Positions 1-9,390 of a stretch of 64,000 nucleotides of DNA are shown in pieces; the first letter of the stretch is position 1, and each line of letters opens with the position of its first letter. Source of the DNA: Candidatus Bathyarchaeum tardum (lineage in GTDB: Archaea > Thermoproteota > Bathyarchaeia > Bathyarchaeales > Bathyarchaeaceae). The notes under the pieces were generated by a model, which was given only the letters and a program-made list of their open reading frames with translations, did not search any database and was not told where the DNA came from. The stretch lies in NCBI GenBank assembly GCA_024650005.2, contig CP122380.1:288001-352000 (forward strand), in the 5' to 3' direction. The position numbers were made by a program, and so were the translations under genes.

Positions 1-390
1 GACGAATTCCATGTGGCTACTGATGACGGTTCTAAAGGCAATGAGGGTCTAGACTTTATTGCTGACATTTTGAAGGCTCAAAAGTTTGATCACGCAGTTG
101 TTATGGGTCCAGTTTCTACGCTAAAGAAAGTAGTAGAAATGACTAAACCTTACAATCTCAAAACAATGGTTACTTTAGCGTCTTTGATGGTTGACGGAAC
201 TGGCATGTGTGGTGCCTGCCGTGTAACTGTTGGAGGTGAAACTAAATTCGCTTGCATGGACGGTCCTGAATTTAATGGTCTTGACGTGGACTTTGACGAA
301 TTAATCTCAAGGCAGCGTGTTTACTTGCCTGAGGAAAGGATGGCGTCTATGATTTATGATAAACTTGGAGGAAGTGTGAAGCGTGGATAG
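1..390 (+). CDS. nfnA: NfnA/SudB-type FAD/NAD-binding [2Fe-2S] subunit (5'-partial)
   Basis: Frame is open from base 1. Contains MVDGTGMCGACRV...CMDGPEF, the PyrK/NfnA [2Fe-2S] motif. Overlaps the start of an NfnB homolog. Confidence 0.85.
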   Translation, partial: DEFHVATDDGSKGNEGLDFIADILKAQKFDHAVVMGPVSTLKKVVEMTKPYNLKTMVTLASLMVDGTGMCGACRVTVGGETKFACMDGPEFNGLDVDFDELISRQRVYLPEERMASMIYDKLGGSVKRG

Positions 391-1792
391 AGAACAAAGA
401 AAGCATTCAGCTCCGATGGCTAAACAAGATATTTTGGATCGGATTCACAATTTCTATGAAGTAGCCCTTGGTTACACCGAAGAACAAGCTATACTGGAGG
501 CAACCCGTTGTTTGCAGTGTCCTAATCCTCGATGTGTTCAAGGCTGCCCCGTAGGCATTGACATTCCTGCCTTTATTAAAGAAATCAAGGAAGGCAATTA
601 CAGTGCTGCAGCTTCTAAACTAAAAGAGAAAAACAGTTTACCTGCAGTTTGTGGACGAGTTTGTCCTCAAGAAAACCAGTGCCAAGAATTATGTGTCATC
701 GGTAAAATGGGTGACCCCATTTCTATCGGCAGGTTAGAACGATTTGCTGCAGATTATGAACGCAAAGCAGGTGTTACCATCCCCGAAAAACAACCTGACG
801 GCGCAACTGGCAAAGTAGCCATTGTCGGTTCAGGTCCTGCAGGTTTGACTGTTGCAGCTGACCTTGTTAAACAAGGTCATGAAGTTGTAATGTTTGAGTC
901 TTTGCACTATGCGGGTGGTGTTTTGATGTATGGTATTCCTGAGTTCCGTTTGCCCAAAGAGATTGTGCAAGCAGAAGTTGAATACATCAAAAACCTTGGT
1001 GTAGACGTAAAAACCAACTACACTATCGGGCGAATCTTTACTATTGATGAACTTTTTGCAGACGGCTATGATGCAGTTTTCATCGGTAGTGGTGCAGGTC
1101 TTCCTAACTTTATGGGAATTGAGGGCGAAAACTTGGGTGGCGTATACGCTGCTAACGAGTTCCTGATTCGCGTAAACTTGATGAAAGGTTACCTGTTCCC
1201 AGAATACGATACCCCCATTAGAATTGGCAAAAACGTTGCAGTAATCGGCGGTGGAAACGTCGCCATGGATGCTGCTCGTTGCAGTTTACGATTAGGTGCA
1301 GAAAAAGTTTACATCGTTTACCGTCGAGCTCGGGAGCAGCTTCCTGCCCGTGAAGAAGAATCAGAAAATGCAGAAGAAGAAGGCATAATCTTCCGATTAT
1401 TAACTAATCCAATCAAATTTACTGGTGACGAAAGCGGTTGGGTAAATGGCATGGAATGCATCAAAATGGAACTTGGAGAACCCGACGCTTCAGGCAGACG
1501 CCGACCCGTTCCAATTGAAGGTTCTAATTTCATGATGGACGTAGACACAGTAGTTATCGCCATTGGTCAAACACCAAATCCATTGATTCAACGAACCACT
1601 GACGGTCTAGAAACTACCAAATGGGGAACCATAGTAGCAGACGAAGAAACTGGCGCAACAAGCAAAGAAGGCGTCTACGCAGGCGGAGACGTAGTCAGCG
1701 GCGCAGCAACAGTAATCAGTGCCATGGGAGCCGCCAGAAAAGCCGCCCAAGGCATCCATGAATACATCCAGAAAAAGAAAACTGGACAATAA
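383..1792 (+). CDS. nfnB: NfnB/SudA (GltD-like) NADPH-dependent oxidoreductase, large subunit of electron-bifurcating transhydrogenase
   Basis: RCLQC..CVQGCP and CGRVCPQENQC Fe-S motifs; GSGPAG and GGGNVAMD nucleotide-binding motifs; paired with nfnA. Confidence 0.85.
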   Translation: MDREQRKHSAPMAKQDILDRIHNFYEVALGYTEEQAILEATRCLQCPNPRCVQGCPVGIDIPAFIKEIKEGNYSAAASKLKEKNSLPAVCGRVCPQENQCQELCVIGKMGDPISIGRLERFAADYERKAGVTIPEKQPDGATGKVAIVGSGPAGLTVAADLVKQGHEVVMFESLHYAGGVLMYGIPEFRLPKEIVQAEVEYIKNLGVDVKTNYTIGRIFTIDELFADGYDAVFIGSGAGLPNFMGIEGENLGGVYAANEFLIRVNLMKGYLFPEYDTPIRIGKNVAVIGGGNVAMDAARCSLRLGAEKVYIVYRRAREQLPAREEESENAEEEGIIFRLLTNPIKFTGDESGWVNGMECIKMELGEPDASGRRRPVPIEGSNFMMDVDTVVIAIGQTPNPLIQRTTDGLETTKWGTIVADEETGATSKEGVYAGGDVVSGAATVISAMGAARKAAQGIHEYIQKKKTGQ

Positions 1793-1992
1793 CCCTAAAA
1801 ATCCAAGGTAACCACAAGTTACCTTACTTTTCATTTTTATTTTCACATTTTTTACATGTTATTAAGTTCAAAAATAGTTGAAACTAATTTAATCCCTGTT
1901 TCTGCTTGTTTTTCCATTTTTTCTAATTATAACTTCGAATATTCTTGGGAACTAAACAACACCAAATTATCAGGAGAACATTGATGCCCTAT

Positions 1993-2202
1993 TCAATAGC
2001 CTTTTTTCATGAATGAACTGGACCTTTTCTTTTTTCGGTTTATTAACCAGACTCCGATACACGCGATTCCTAGAAGAATAAATGATGCACTAACTATTGG
2101 AGCCCAATTAACTGGGTTCAAGAAAATAAATGAAATTATTGCTACGATGAACCATGATGCGGCAAAAATCAACATCATTTTACCATATTCAATTTCACTC
2201 AT
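1993..2202 (-). CDS. small membrane protein (2 TM)
   Basis: Two hydrophobic stretches and a basic C-terminus. Confidence 0.5.
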   Translation of the reverse strand: MSEIEYGKMMLIFAASWFIVAIISFIFLNPVNWAPIVSASFILLGIACIGVWLINRKKKRSSSFMKKGY

Positions 2203-2328
2203 GCAATATTCTATGATTTTTCTAACTTAAGACTTTATTGTTAAAACATATTCAAAACTAACAATATAATTATATATCACTCTCACTCTGAAAATATTGA
2301 ATCAATCACGCAAGGAACCAGACTGAAA

Positions 2329-2874
2329 ATGAATAATAGATTATGCGCTGTTGTTTTAGTTGTTGCCCTTGTTGTTTCATTTTTTGTCAATGTTGTTCTA
2401 TACTTTCAGAATTACAGTGCCAATCAGCTAAAGGATGATTTTGATGCTTACTATAATGAGTTTGGAAATGTTATTGTAGAAAGCATTAGTTACAATTTTT
2501 CTCCACCCGTTTCCATGTATAAAGCTCTTAAAATTGCACTGGAACACGGTGGTTGGAACACGACTTCTCTTGAAAACATGACTGTCGGGGTTTACCTTGA
2601 TTACCGCCAATTCTGGAGCAATTCTACAGTCACAACTCCTGAAGGTTTCACAACTCATATTCCTGGTTCGGGTTCTCACTTGGTGTGTTCAATCACACAA
2701 CCAGTTGATGACTATTCAGTTGTTACCGTTGGCAATTCGACTAGCAACATGACATACAGGTACATTTGGTCTATTGTTGTAACACATAAATCAGGCGTTG
2801 TCAGCCTACCCCCGCCGGGACTTTATTGGATTGATGCCGCAACAGCAGAAATAATCCCTACACGACCATTTTAA
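2329..2874 (+). CDS. hypothetical membrane-anchored/secreted protein (PepSY-like C-terminus)
   Basis: N-terminal TM segment; ends YIWSIVV...YWIDAATAEII. Confidence 0.6.
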   Translation: MNNRLCAVVLVVALVVSFFVNVVLYFQNYSANQLKDDFDAYYNEFGNVIVESISYNFSPPVSMYKALKIALEHGGWNTTSLENMTVGVYLDYRQFWSNSTVTTPEGFTTHIPGSGSHLVCSITQPVDDYSVVTVGNSTSNMTYRYIWSIVVTHKSGVVSLPPPGLYWIDAATAEIIPTRPF

Positions 2875-3053
2875 TTCTCAAGTGAACTGCAGTAAGATGC
2901 CCATTAACACCCCACAGAAGCTCTTAAGGTCCGCTGTTGTCCTCACCAAACTTTACAGAATCTGTTTTTCGTACTCTTTATTAACGTCGTTTTTTCTTTG
3001 TTTTACACTCCGACGTACTGGTGATTATTTGTCCTCCGTGGGGAGGTTTGTTG

Positions 3054-3596
3054 TTGTCTGATGGGAAACTTGTTTCAGAGACTAAATCTAAGGCAGTTAC
3101 CATGTGTGACTTTGATTGTAGCTTCAAAGCTGAGCTAAGCAAAGTTGCAGGGGTAGAAAACCTAAAGTTTTGTTACCAATGCGGCACCTGCACAGCAGAC
3201 TGCCCAATCGCACGGGTCAGCAAAGATTTTCGTCCCCGAACTATCATGCGCATGACCCAGCTAGGCATGAAAGAGCGCATCTTTGAAGACAACAAAATCT
3301 GGTTATGTGCAGCCTGTTTTACCTGCGTAGATCATTGCCCCCAAGGAGTAGACATCGCAGGAGTAATGCGGGCACTGCGTAACCAAGCAGTAAAAGAAGG
3401 AAAAATCCCCAAAACCTTTGTGGACATCAAAAACAACATCCACAAAAGTGGCTTGGCATACGACATCCCAGACATGCGCAAACGAAAACGCGTAGAAAAC
3501 GGACTACCCGAACTGCCCATAGCTAACTCCCAAGAAATCTCCAAACTCCTTAATCTTGTTGCCAAGTCTAAAGAACCGAAAACGGAGAACAACTAG
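3054..3596 (+). CDS. hdrC: heterodisulfide reductase subunit C (2x[4Fe-4S])
   Basis: CYQCGTCTADCP and WLCAACFTCVDHCPQGV motifs. GGAGG precedes the TTG run at 3048-3054; exact start uncertain. Confidence 0.85.
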   Translation: MSDGKLVSETKSKAVTMCDFDCSFKAELSKVAGVENLKFCYQCGTCTADCPIARVSKDFRPRTIMRMTQLGMKERIFEDNKIWLCAACFTCVDHCPQGVDIAGVMRALRNQAVKEGKIPKTFVDIKNNIHKSGLAYDIPDMRKRKRVENGLPELPIANSQEISKLLNLVAKSKEPKTENN

Positions 3597-3597
3597 C

Positions 3598-4476
3598 TTG
3601 ACTGACCTGAAGTACCTGTTCTTTTTAGGTTGTGTTATTCCGTACCGTTTAGCCAGTTTTGAAGTTTCTTCCCGAAAAGTACTAGAAAAAATAGGCGTAG
3701 AACTGGAAGAAATGCCCGAAGCCAACTGCTGTGGGTTGCCTTTAGATTCTGTAGACCATGAATCGATGCTGGTTTTAGCTGCAAGAAACCTTTGTTTTGC
3801 CGAACAAAAAGGCTTAGACGTAATGACTTTGTGTCCGGGCTGTGCGGGAACCTTACGGAAAGTCAACAAACTAGTTCAAGATGACAAAGCTGTCAAAGAA
3901 AAAATCAACGGATACCTCAAAGAAGTTGGACTCAAACTTGAAGGCGGAAAAATCCGAGTTAGACACTTTATGCAAGTTTTGTCTGAGGATATTGGTTACG
4001 AAAAAATTAAACAAGCAGTAACCAATCATTTAACTGACCTAAAAGTAGCTGAACACATCGGCTGCCACGTTTTGCGACCAAAAAAATACATAGGCTTTGA
4101 CGATCCCGAAAACCCTGTAATCTTAAAACAATTAATAGAAGCAACAGGAGCACAATCACTTGATTACATGTACAAAACCGACTGCTGCGGCGCCCCCATC
4201 ATAGGAGTAAACGACAAACTATCCCTGCAAATCGCAGGAGACAAACTAAAAAACATCAAAAAAGTCAACGCCCAAGCCCTAATCACCGTGTGCCCCTTCT
4301 GCCAAATGATGTTTGACACCAACCAAAAACGAATCGAACAAGCCCTCGAAGAAAAATTCGGAATCCCAGTACTCCATTACCCCCAACTTTTAGGACTTGC
4401 AATGGGACTAGACCCCAAAGACCTCGCCATAAACGAACTACGAGTAAAAGCAACAAACCTGCTAAACAAAAACTAG
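3598..4476 (+). CDS. hdrB: heterodisulfide reductase subunit B (CCG domains)
   Basis: FLGCVIP, NCCG, LCPGC, HIGCH, DCCG, VCPFC and PVLHYPQLLGLAMG motifs. TTG start 2 nt after the hdrC stop. Confidence 0.9.
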   Translation: MTDLKYLFFLGCVIPYRLASFEVSSRKVLEKIGVELEEMPEANCCGLPLDSVDHESMLVLAARNLCFAEQKGLDVMTLCPGCAGTLRKVNKLVQDDKAVKEKINGYLKEVGLKLEGGKIRVRHFMQVLSEDIGYEKIKQAVTNHLTDLKVAEHIGCHVLRPKKYIGFDDPENPVILKQLIEATGAQSLDYMYKTDCCGAPIIGVNDKLSLQIAGDKLKNIKKVNAQALITVCPFCQMMFDTNQKRIEQALEEKFGIPVLHYPQLLGLAMGLDPKDLAINELRVKATNLLNKN

Positions 4477-4530
4477 AACCATAAAAAGAAAAAGAAAAGA
4501 TGAAAATGCTGCAAGTGCAGCATCGGGATG

Positions 4531-4956
4531 TTATTTTACGTCCACGATTTCTAGGTCAAAGATTAAGGTTTGTCCAGCTAGGGGATGATTAAGGTCTAGG
4601 GTGATGTTTTCTTCTTCAACTTTTGCTACTGTAGCGTATTTGACTCTGCCCAGATCCGTTTTATAGCAAACAACATGCCCCTCTTTGATTCCTGTTTCAG
4701 GTTCTTTGGATTTGTCTCGGGCGATTTCTGTGAACAGCCCATCTTTTCGTAAACCATACCCTTTTTCTGGAGGAACAACAACCGTTTTTTTCGTTCCATT
4801 TTCAAGCCCAACAACCGCCTCATCCAATCCTTTAAGGACATTTCCTTCTCCAACTTTAAATTCAAGCGGTTTTTTATCTCGGGAACTATCAATCATTCGA
4901 TCATCAATTTTTGCATCATAATGCATTTTTACGACGTTTCCGTTTTCTATAACCAA
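4531..4956 (-). CDS. slyD: FKBP-type peptidyl-prolyl isomerase (SlyD-like)
   Basis: PLEFKVGEG, VPPEKGYG and LDLNHPLAGQTLIFDLEIVDV motifs. Confidence 0.9.
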   Translation of the reverse strand: MVIENGNVVKMHYDAKIDDRMIDSSRDKKPLEFKVGEGNVLKGLDEAVVGLENGTKKTVVVPPEKGYGLRKDGLFTEIARDKSKEPETGIKEGHVVCYKTDLGRVKYATVAKVEEENITLDLNHPLAGQTLIFDLEIVDVK

Positions 4957-5318
4957 AAATACAACTCCACATTGCCACACTCAGCTTTACATATAAGAGT
5001 TGTTTTCATCCCCCATTTTGCTGGTTAAGTTACATATTTTCCAAAAACTTTTTTTCAGAAAAACAGGTCACAAAGCTGTTATGTTACTTACGTCAAATAT
5101 GTTCCTAATATTTTACGATAAAATGAGCTCTTCTGGTATCGATTATGCGCCTATTATTTTTCTACGTTGCCAGAAATAACGATGATTTTTATTTATATCC
5201 TTAAAAATGGGTTTGCATTGGCCTTGTTTTTACTTTCTAGTGCCTAAAAATGACCTTTTTTTTATCTAAACGTAAATATTCTGGGTTTTATGGTATGCGT
5301 GTGAGGTGGATTGTTTTG

Positions 5319-5372
5319 ATGTTTGAAGAAGAAGACTGGGACGAAGACTTCGATGACGAAGACGAAGACTGA
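5319..5372 (+). CDS. putative 17-aa hyperacidic micropeptide MFEEEDWDEDFDDEDED
   Basis: GAGGTG Shine-Dalgarno at 5303-5308, ATG at 5319 (TTG at 5316), TGA at 5370. Below the size cutoff of the ORF track. Confidence 0.55.
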   Translation: MFEEEDWDEDFDDEDED

Positions 5373-5635
5373 TATCCGTTCTTGAGCTTTAAATCCCAAG
5401 ACCAAAACAAAATCTGGGACTAAAAAGCAAAACCAAGACTAACGGGCGACCCATTAAAACAAGAATTTTGTTTGATGTTTTTTTATGATAAATGGTCCAC
5501 ATGTGACCAAACAATCAAAAACATAAGATTTTGCTGATTCAAAATCATATATTTCTATTGATAGTAGTTTATGTTGAAAGTAACCTTTTTTCTGGAAAAC
5601 CAAAAAACACAAAATCTGTTCCTTAGAACGTTGAA

Positions 5636-5729
5636 TGGTGCGGCCGCCGGGATTTGAACCCGGGGTTACAGGCTTGGAAGGCTTACACCACAGATGTGTC
5701 TGTGTCATGCCAGGCTAGACTACAACCGC
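5636..5729 (-). tRNA. tRNA-Gly(TCC) with 17-nt non-canonical intron at 29/30 (5683-5699); CCA encoded
   Basis: Cloverleaf GCGGTTG/CGGCCGC. The anticodon stem CAGGC/GCCTG forms only after removing ACACATCTGTGGTGTAA. BHB central helix ACAC/GTGT. Confidence 0.9.
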
Positions 5730-6013
5730 ACATTGATTAACAGCAAAGTAATGCAGCAGTTGTCTTTTATGAACTTTTTCTCTAAAAACATTCGAAAGTA
5801 TTTGGTGCGACCGTATGCTAGTATAAACATTCAGGATTTTTGTCAAATAAACCAATTTAACATATTTGTAATCTGTGTTGACATGAGTGCTTAGAATAAC
5901 TTTTTATTGTTTTTCAGCTTTAGTTTAATCTAAAGAATTTTTCTATGTTCCCTTCAGAAAACATCTGGATGGATTTAAAAAATGTTGGGGATGCCAGTGT
6001 CGGAGGAATTTTT

Positions 6014-6508
6014 TTGGCAAAAGATGATAATCGTCGTATGCTGTTAGAGAAAACATTAAAAGAATACAACTATGAAGGAAGCAGTCTTCTGGAAATCCTT
6101 CATAAAGCCCAAGGAATCTACGGATTCCTTGACAAAAAACTGCTAATGGACATTTCTCAATCGCTTAGTCTTCCCCCAAGTCATGTGTTGGGTGTAGCAA
6201 CATTCTACAGCTACTTCAACTTGGAAAAACCAGGAGACCACATAGTTACAGGCTGCCTTGGAACCGCTTGTTACGTGAAAGGCGTTGAAGACATCATGCA
6301 AGCCATCGAAAACGAATTCAAAATCAAAAGAGGGAAAACCACCGCTGATGGCAAACTTTCTTTGTTTGTAACAAGATGCATAGGAGCATGCGCAATGTCT
6401 CCAGCTGTAATTGTAGATGACGAAGTCGTTGGTAAATCAACAAAAGAGATCGTGATCAAAAAAATCAAACAACTACTCAAAGGAGGCGAAAATATTGAAA
6501 CTAGTTGA
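6014..6508 (+). CDS. hoxE: bidirectional hydrogenase diaphorase subunit HoxE (NuoE-like [2Fe-2S])
   Basis: GVATFYSYF, CLGTACYVKG and RCIGAC motifs. GGAGG precedes TTG 6014. Confidence 0.85.
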   Translation: MAKDDNRRMLLEKTLKEYNYEGSSLLEILHKAQGIYGFLDKKLLMDISQSLSLPPSHVLGVATFYSYFNLEKPGDHIVTGCLGTACYVKGVEDIMQAIENEFKIKRGKTTADGKLSLFVTRCIGACAMSPAVIVDDEVVGKSTKEIVIKKIKQLLKGGENIETS

Positions 6509-8147
6509 CCTTCAGACAATAGCTGAAAATGAAGTAGACTTCCAAAGATCCTACAAACATAGAATAAACGTGTGTTCTTCAAGCGGCTGTATACTCTTCG
6601 GTGCACTTAAAATTTTGAAAGCCTTCAAAGATGCAGTTAAAGAATTTGGGCTAGAAAAAGAATGCAAAGTCGCAAGAACTGGATGCATAGGCACTTGCTC
6701 TGTAGGACCAGCAGTCCTAATCGAACCGGGTGATTACCTTTACCAGAATGTCTCTACAGAAAAAGTTCGAGAAATAGTAAGAGACCACATAGTTTTAGGT
6801 TTACCCATAAAAGAAATGCTATACAAAAACGAATCTTTCTTTAAAAAACAAAAACGACTAGTTCTAAAAAACGCAGGCAAAATAGACCCCCACAGAATTC
6901 AAGACTACATCGCGATGGGAGGATACTCTGCCCTCGTCAAATGTTTAGCAACAATGACTCCCCAAGGAGTTATATGTGAAGTTACTAGTAGCGGACTCAG
7001 AGGCAGAGGAGGCGCAGGCTTTCCAACAGGCCAAAAATGGAGTCTCGTAGCAAGAGCTCACAGCTCCCCAAAATACATTGTAGCTAACCTAGACGAAGGA
7101 GACCCAGGAGTCTTCGCAAACCGAACTTTAGCTGAAGCTGACCCTCATGCAATACTTGAAGGAATGCTAATCGCCGCTTATGCCATAGGCGCAGAAAAAG
7201 GATACCTCTACATAAGAGCTGAATACCCCCTAGCAATCCAAACCCTGCAAAAAGCCATTGCCCAAGCTAGATCAATGTCTCTTTTAGGAGATAGTATCCT
7301 TGAAACACCCTTCAAATTTAATGTCGAACTCAGACTAGGAGCAGGAGCGTTTATAGCCGGAGAAGAAACCGCCATACTTGCATCTATTGAAGGCAAAAGA
7401 GCAATGCCCAAACCTCGCCCACCATACCCCGCAACCTATGGATTATGGGGAAAACCAACACTTATCCAGAACGTCGAAACACTAGCAAATATTCCTATGA
7501 TTGTTCTAAACGGCGGCTTATGGTTCTCCAAAACTGGCACAACTGAATGCACCGGAACTAAATGCTTCTCATTGACTGGCAACATCAACAACCCCGGACT
7601 AATAGAAGTATCAATGGGAACCACACTTCGAGAAGTTGTTTTCGACATAGGAGGAGGAGTGCAAAACGAAAGAAACTTTAAAGCAGTTTTAGTTGGTGGT
7701 CCCTCTGGAGGATGTCTACCTGAAGCTCTTCTGGACCAACCAATAGATTATGAATCCCTGAAAAGCGTTGGAGCAATAATGGGATCTGGCGGAATCGTCG
7801 TTCTAGATGACGGCTCCTGCATGGTTGATACTGCAAAGTTTTTCACAGAATTTTGTGTAGAAGAATCCTGTGGCAAATGTACTCCATGCAGGGCAGGTCT
7901 TGCAAGAGTAAAAGAAATTTTCGAAGCAATCACTAAAGGAAGCGCCAGACTGGAAGACATAACAACATTAGAGAAAGTTAGCGCCTATATCATGGATGCC
8001 AGTCTTTGCGGTCTTGGACAAACTGCACCAAATCCTGTTATTACAACACTGCGATACTTCAAAAACGAGTATCTTCAGCACATTACAGAAAAAACCTGCC
8101 AAGCAGGTAAATGCTTCAAAAAAGAAGAAGGCGAACAAAAACAATGA
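6495..8147 (+). CDS. hoxF: HoxF (NuoF-like FMN/NADH-binding subunit)
   Basis: SGLRGRGGAGFPTG, DEGDPG, GAGAFIAGEETA, ESCGKCTPCR and SLCGLG motifs; N-terminal thioredoxin-like [2Fe-2S] domain. Confidence 0.9.
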   Translation: MKLVDLQTIAENEVDFQRSYKHRINVCSSSGCILFGALKILKAFKDAVKEFGLEKECKVARTGCIGTCSVGPAVLIEPGDYLYQNVSTEKVREIVRDHIVLGLPIKEMLYKNESFFKKQKRLVLKNAGKIDPHRIQDYIAMGGYSALVKCLATMTPQGVICEVTSSGLRGRGGAGFPTGQKWSLVARAHSSPKYIVANLDEGDPGVFANRTLAEADPHAILEGMLIAAYAIGAEKGYLYIRAEYPLAIQTLQKAIAQARSMSLLGDSILETPFKFNVELRLGAGAFIAGEETAILASIEGKRAMPKPRPPYPATYGLWGKPTLIQNVETLANIPMIVLNGGLWFSKTGTTECTGTKCFSLTGNINNPGLIEVSMGTTLREVVFDIGGGVQNERNFKAVLVGGPSGGCLPEALLDQPIDYESLKSVGAIMGSGGIVVLDDGSCMVDTAKFFTEFCVEESCGKCTPCRAGLARVKEIFEAITKGSARLEDITTLEKVSAYIMDASLCGLGQTAPNPVITTLRYFKNEYLQHITEKTCQAGKCFKKEEGEQKQ

Positions 8148-8851
8148 GCACGTTAATGGTTAACCTAAAAATAGATGGCATTGAAGTTGAAGTGCCAAAG
8201 GATACCATGATATTGAAAGCTGCCAAAGATAACAGGATTGACATCCCAACACTCTGCAACCTAGAAGGCTTAATCAGTTACGGCGGATGCCGATTATGCC
8301 TAGTAGAAATTAGCGGTTCATCCAAACTCTTTCCAGCTTGTACAACCCCAGTCAGCCCAGGCATGGAAATTACAACTAACTCAAACAAACTAAAAGAATA
8401 CCGCAAAATGACAATCCAACTCCTTCTTTCTGAAAGAACACATATTTGCTCTGTCTGCGTAGCAAATGACCACTGCGAACTACAAAGCCTAGCAAACCAA
8501 CTAGGAGTTGACCACACCATATTTGAGCGCAACTGGACCAAAGAAGAGATTGACTCAACTCACGATTTCTTAGTTATTGACCGAAACAGGTGCATACTAT
8601 GCACCCGATGCATAAGAGTTTGCGACGAAATAGAAGGAGTTCACACTTTAGATCTGAGACTAAGAGGAAAAGATGCCCAAATCATAATGGACATGGACAA
8701 CCAGTGGATCAATTCCTGTTCATGCACTTCTTGCAGAAAATGCTCAAACGTTTGCCCAGTCGGCGCCATTTACATCGAAGGAGAGCCAGTGTCCCACACC
8801 AAGAAAAAAGATATTGTCGAATTTATTAAAACAAGGAGAAACAGAAAATGA
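8144..8851 (+). CDS. hoxU: HoxU (NuoG N-terminal-like Fe-S subunit)
   Basis: IPTLC..GGCRLCLVE..ACTTP, HICSVC..CELQ, CILCTRCIRVC and CTSCRKCSNVCP motifs. ATGA overlap with hoxF. Confidence 0.9.
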   Translation: MSTLMVNLKIDGIEVEVPKDTMILKAAKDNRIDIPTLCNLEGLISYGGCRLCLVEISGSSKLFPACTTPVSPGMEITTNSNKLKEYRKMTIQLLLSERTHICSVCVANDHCELQSLANQLGVDHTIFERNWTKEEIDSTHDFLVIDRNRCILCTRCIRVCDEIEGVHTLDLRLRGKDAQIIMDMDNQWINSCSCTSCRKCSNVCPVGAIYIEGEPVSHTKKKDIVEFIKTRRNRK

Positions 8852-9390
8852 CAACAATCAAAAAAACCAAAGTGTCCACAATTTGGCTTAGCGGTTGTTC
8901 AGGTTGCCACATGTCATTTCTTGACCAAGACGAATTGCTGCTAGAACTAGCAAAGAAAATCCAGATGGTTTACAGCCCCCTAATGGACATAAAGACTTTT
9001 CCCGAAAACGTTGATTTAACATTAATTGAAGGTGCTGTAGCAAACGAAGAACAGCAAAACCTGCTTAAAGAAGCACGCAAAAAAACAAAAATTCTGATCT
9101 CCCTTGGCGACTGCGCTGTTACAGGAAACGTTACTGCTCTCAGAAACGCTTGGAGCGACAGTGACCAAGCTGTTCTAAAAAAAGCATATATGGAAAAATC
9201 AAATAAAAACGGTCAAATCCCAACCGATGTTCCAAAACTATTGAAGAAAGTGAGGCCAATTCACGAAGTGGTTAACGTAGACTACTTTATTCCCGGATGC
9301 CCACCGCCTGCGGGTGTCATCAACTATGTATTAACTGAGTTACTGGCTGGAAAAACGCCTAACATGGAAGGCAGATCAAAATATGGCTGA
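8848..9390 (+). CDS. hoxY: [NiFe] hydrogenase small subunit HoxY
   Basis: WLSGCSGCHMSFLD, LGDCAVTGNV and IPGCPP motifs; 180 aa single-cluster form. Confidence 0.9.
   Translation: MTTIKKTKVSTIWLSGCSGCHMSFLDQDELLLELAKKIQMVYSPLMDIKTFPENVDLTLIEGAVANEEQQNLLKEARKKTKILISLGDCAVTGNVTALRNAWSDSDQAVLKKAYMEKSNKNGQIPTDVPKLLKKVRPIHEVVNVDYFIPGCPPPAGVINYVLTELLAGKTPNMEGRSKYG

Noticed and set aside
383-1792. Glutamate synthase small subunit partnering the 16825 gene
   Set aside because: Overlap with an NfnA-type gene fits NfnAB/SudAB better; a partnership cannot be shown from sequence.
5454-5894. ORFs overlapping tRNA genes (also 30294-30515, 34290-34475, 62936-63175)
   Set aside because: Shadow frames across tRNAs with no protein motifs.
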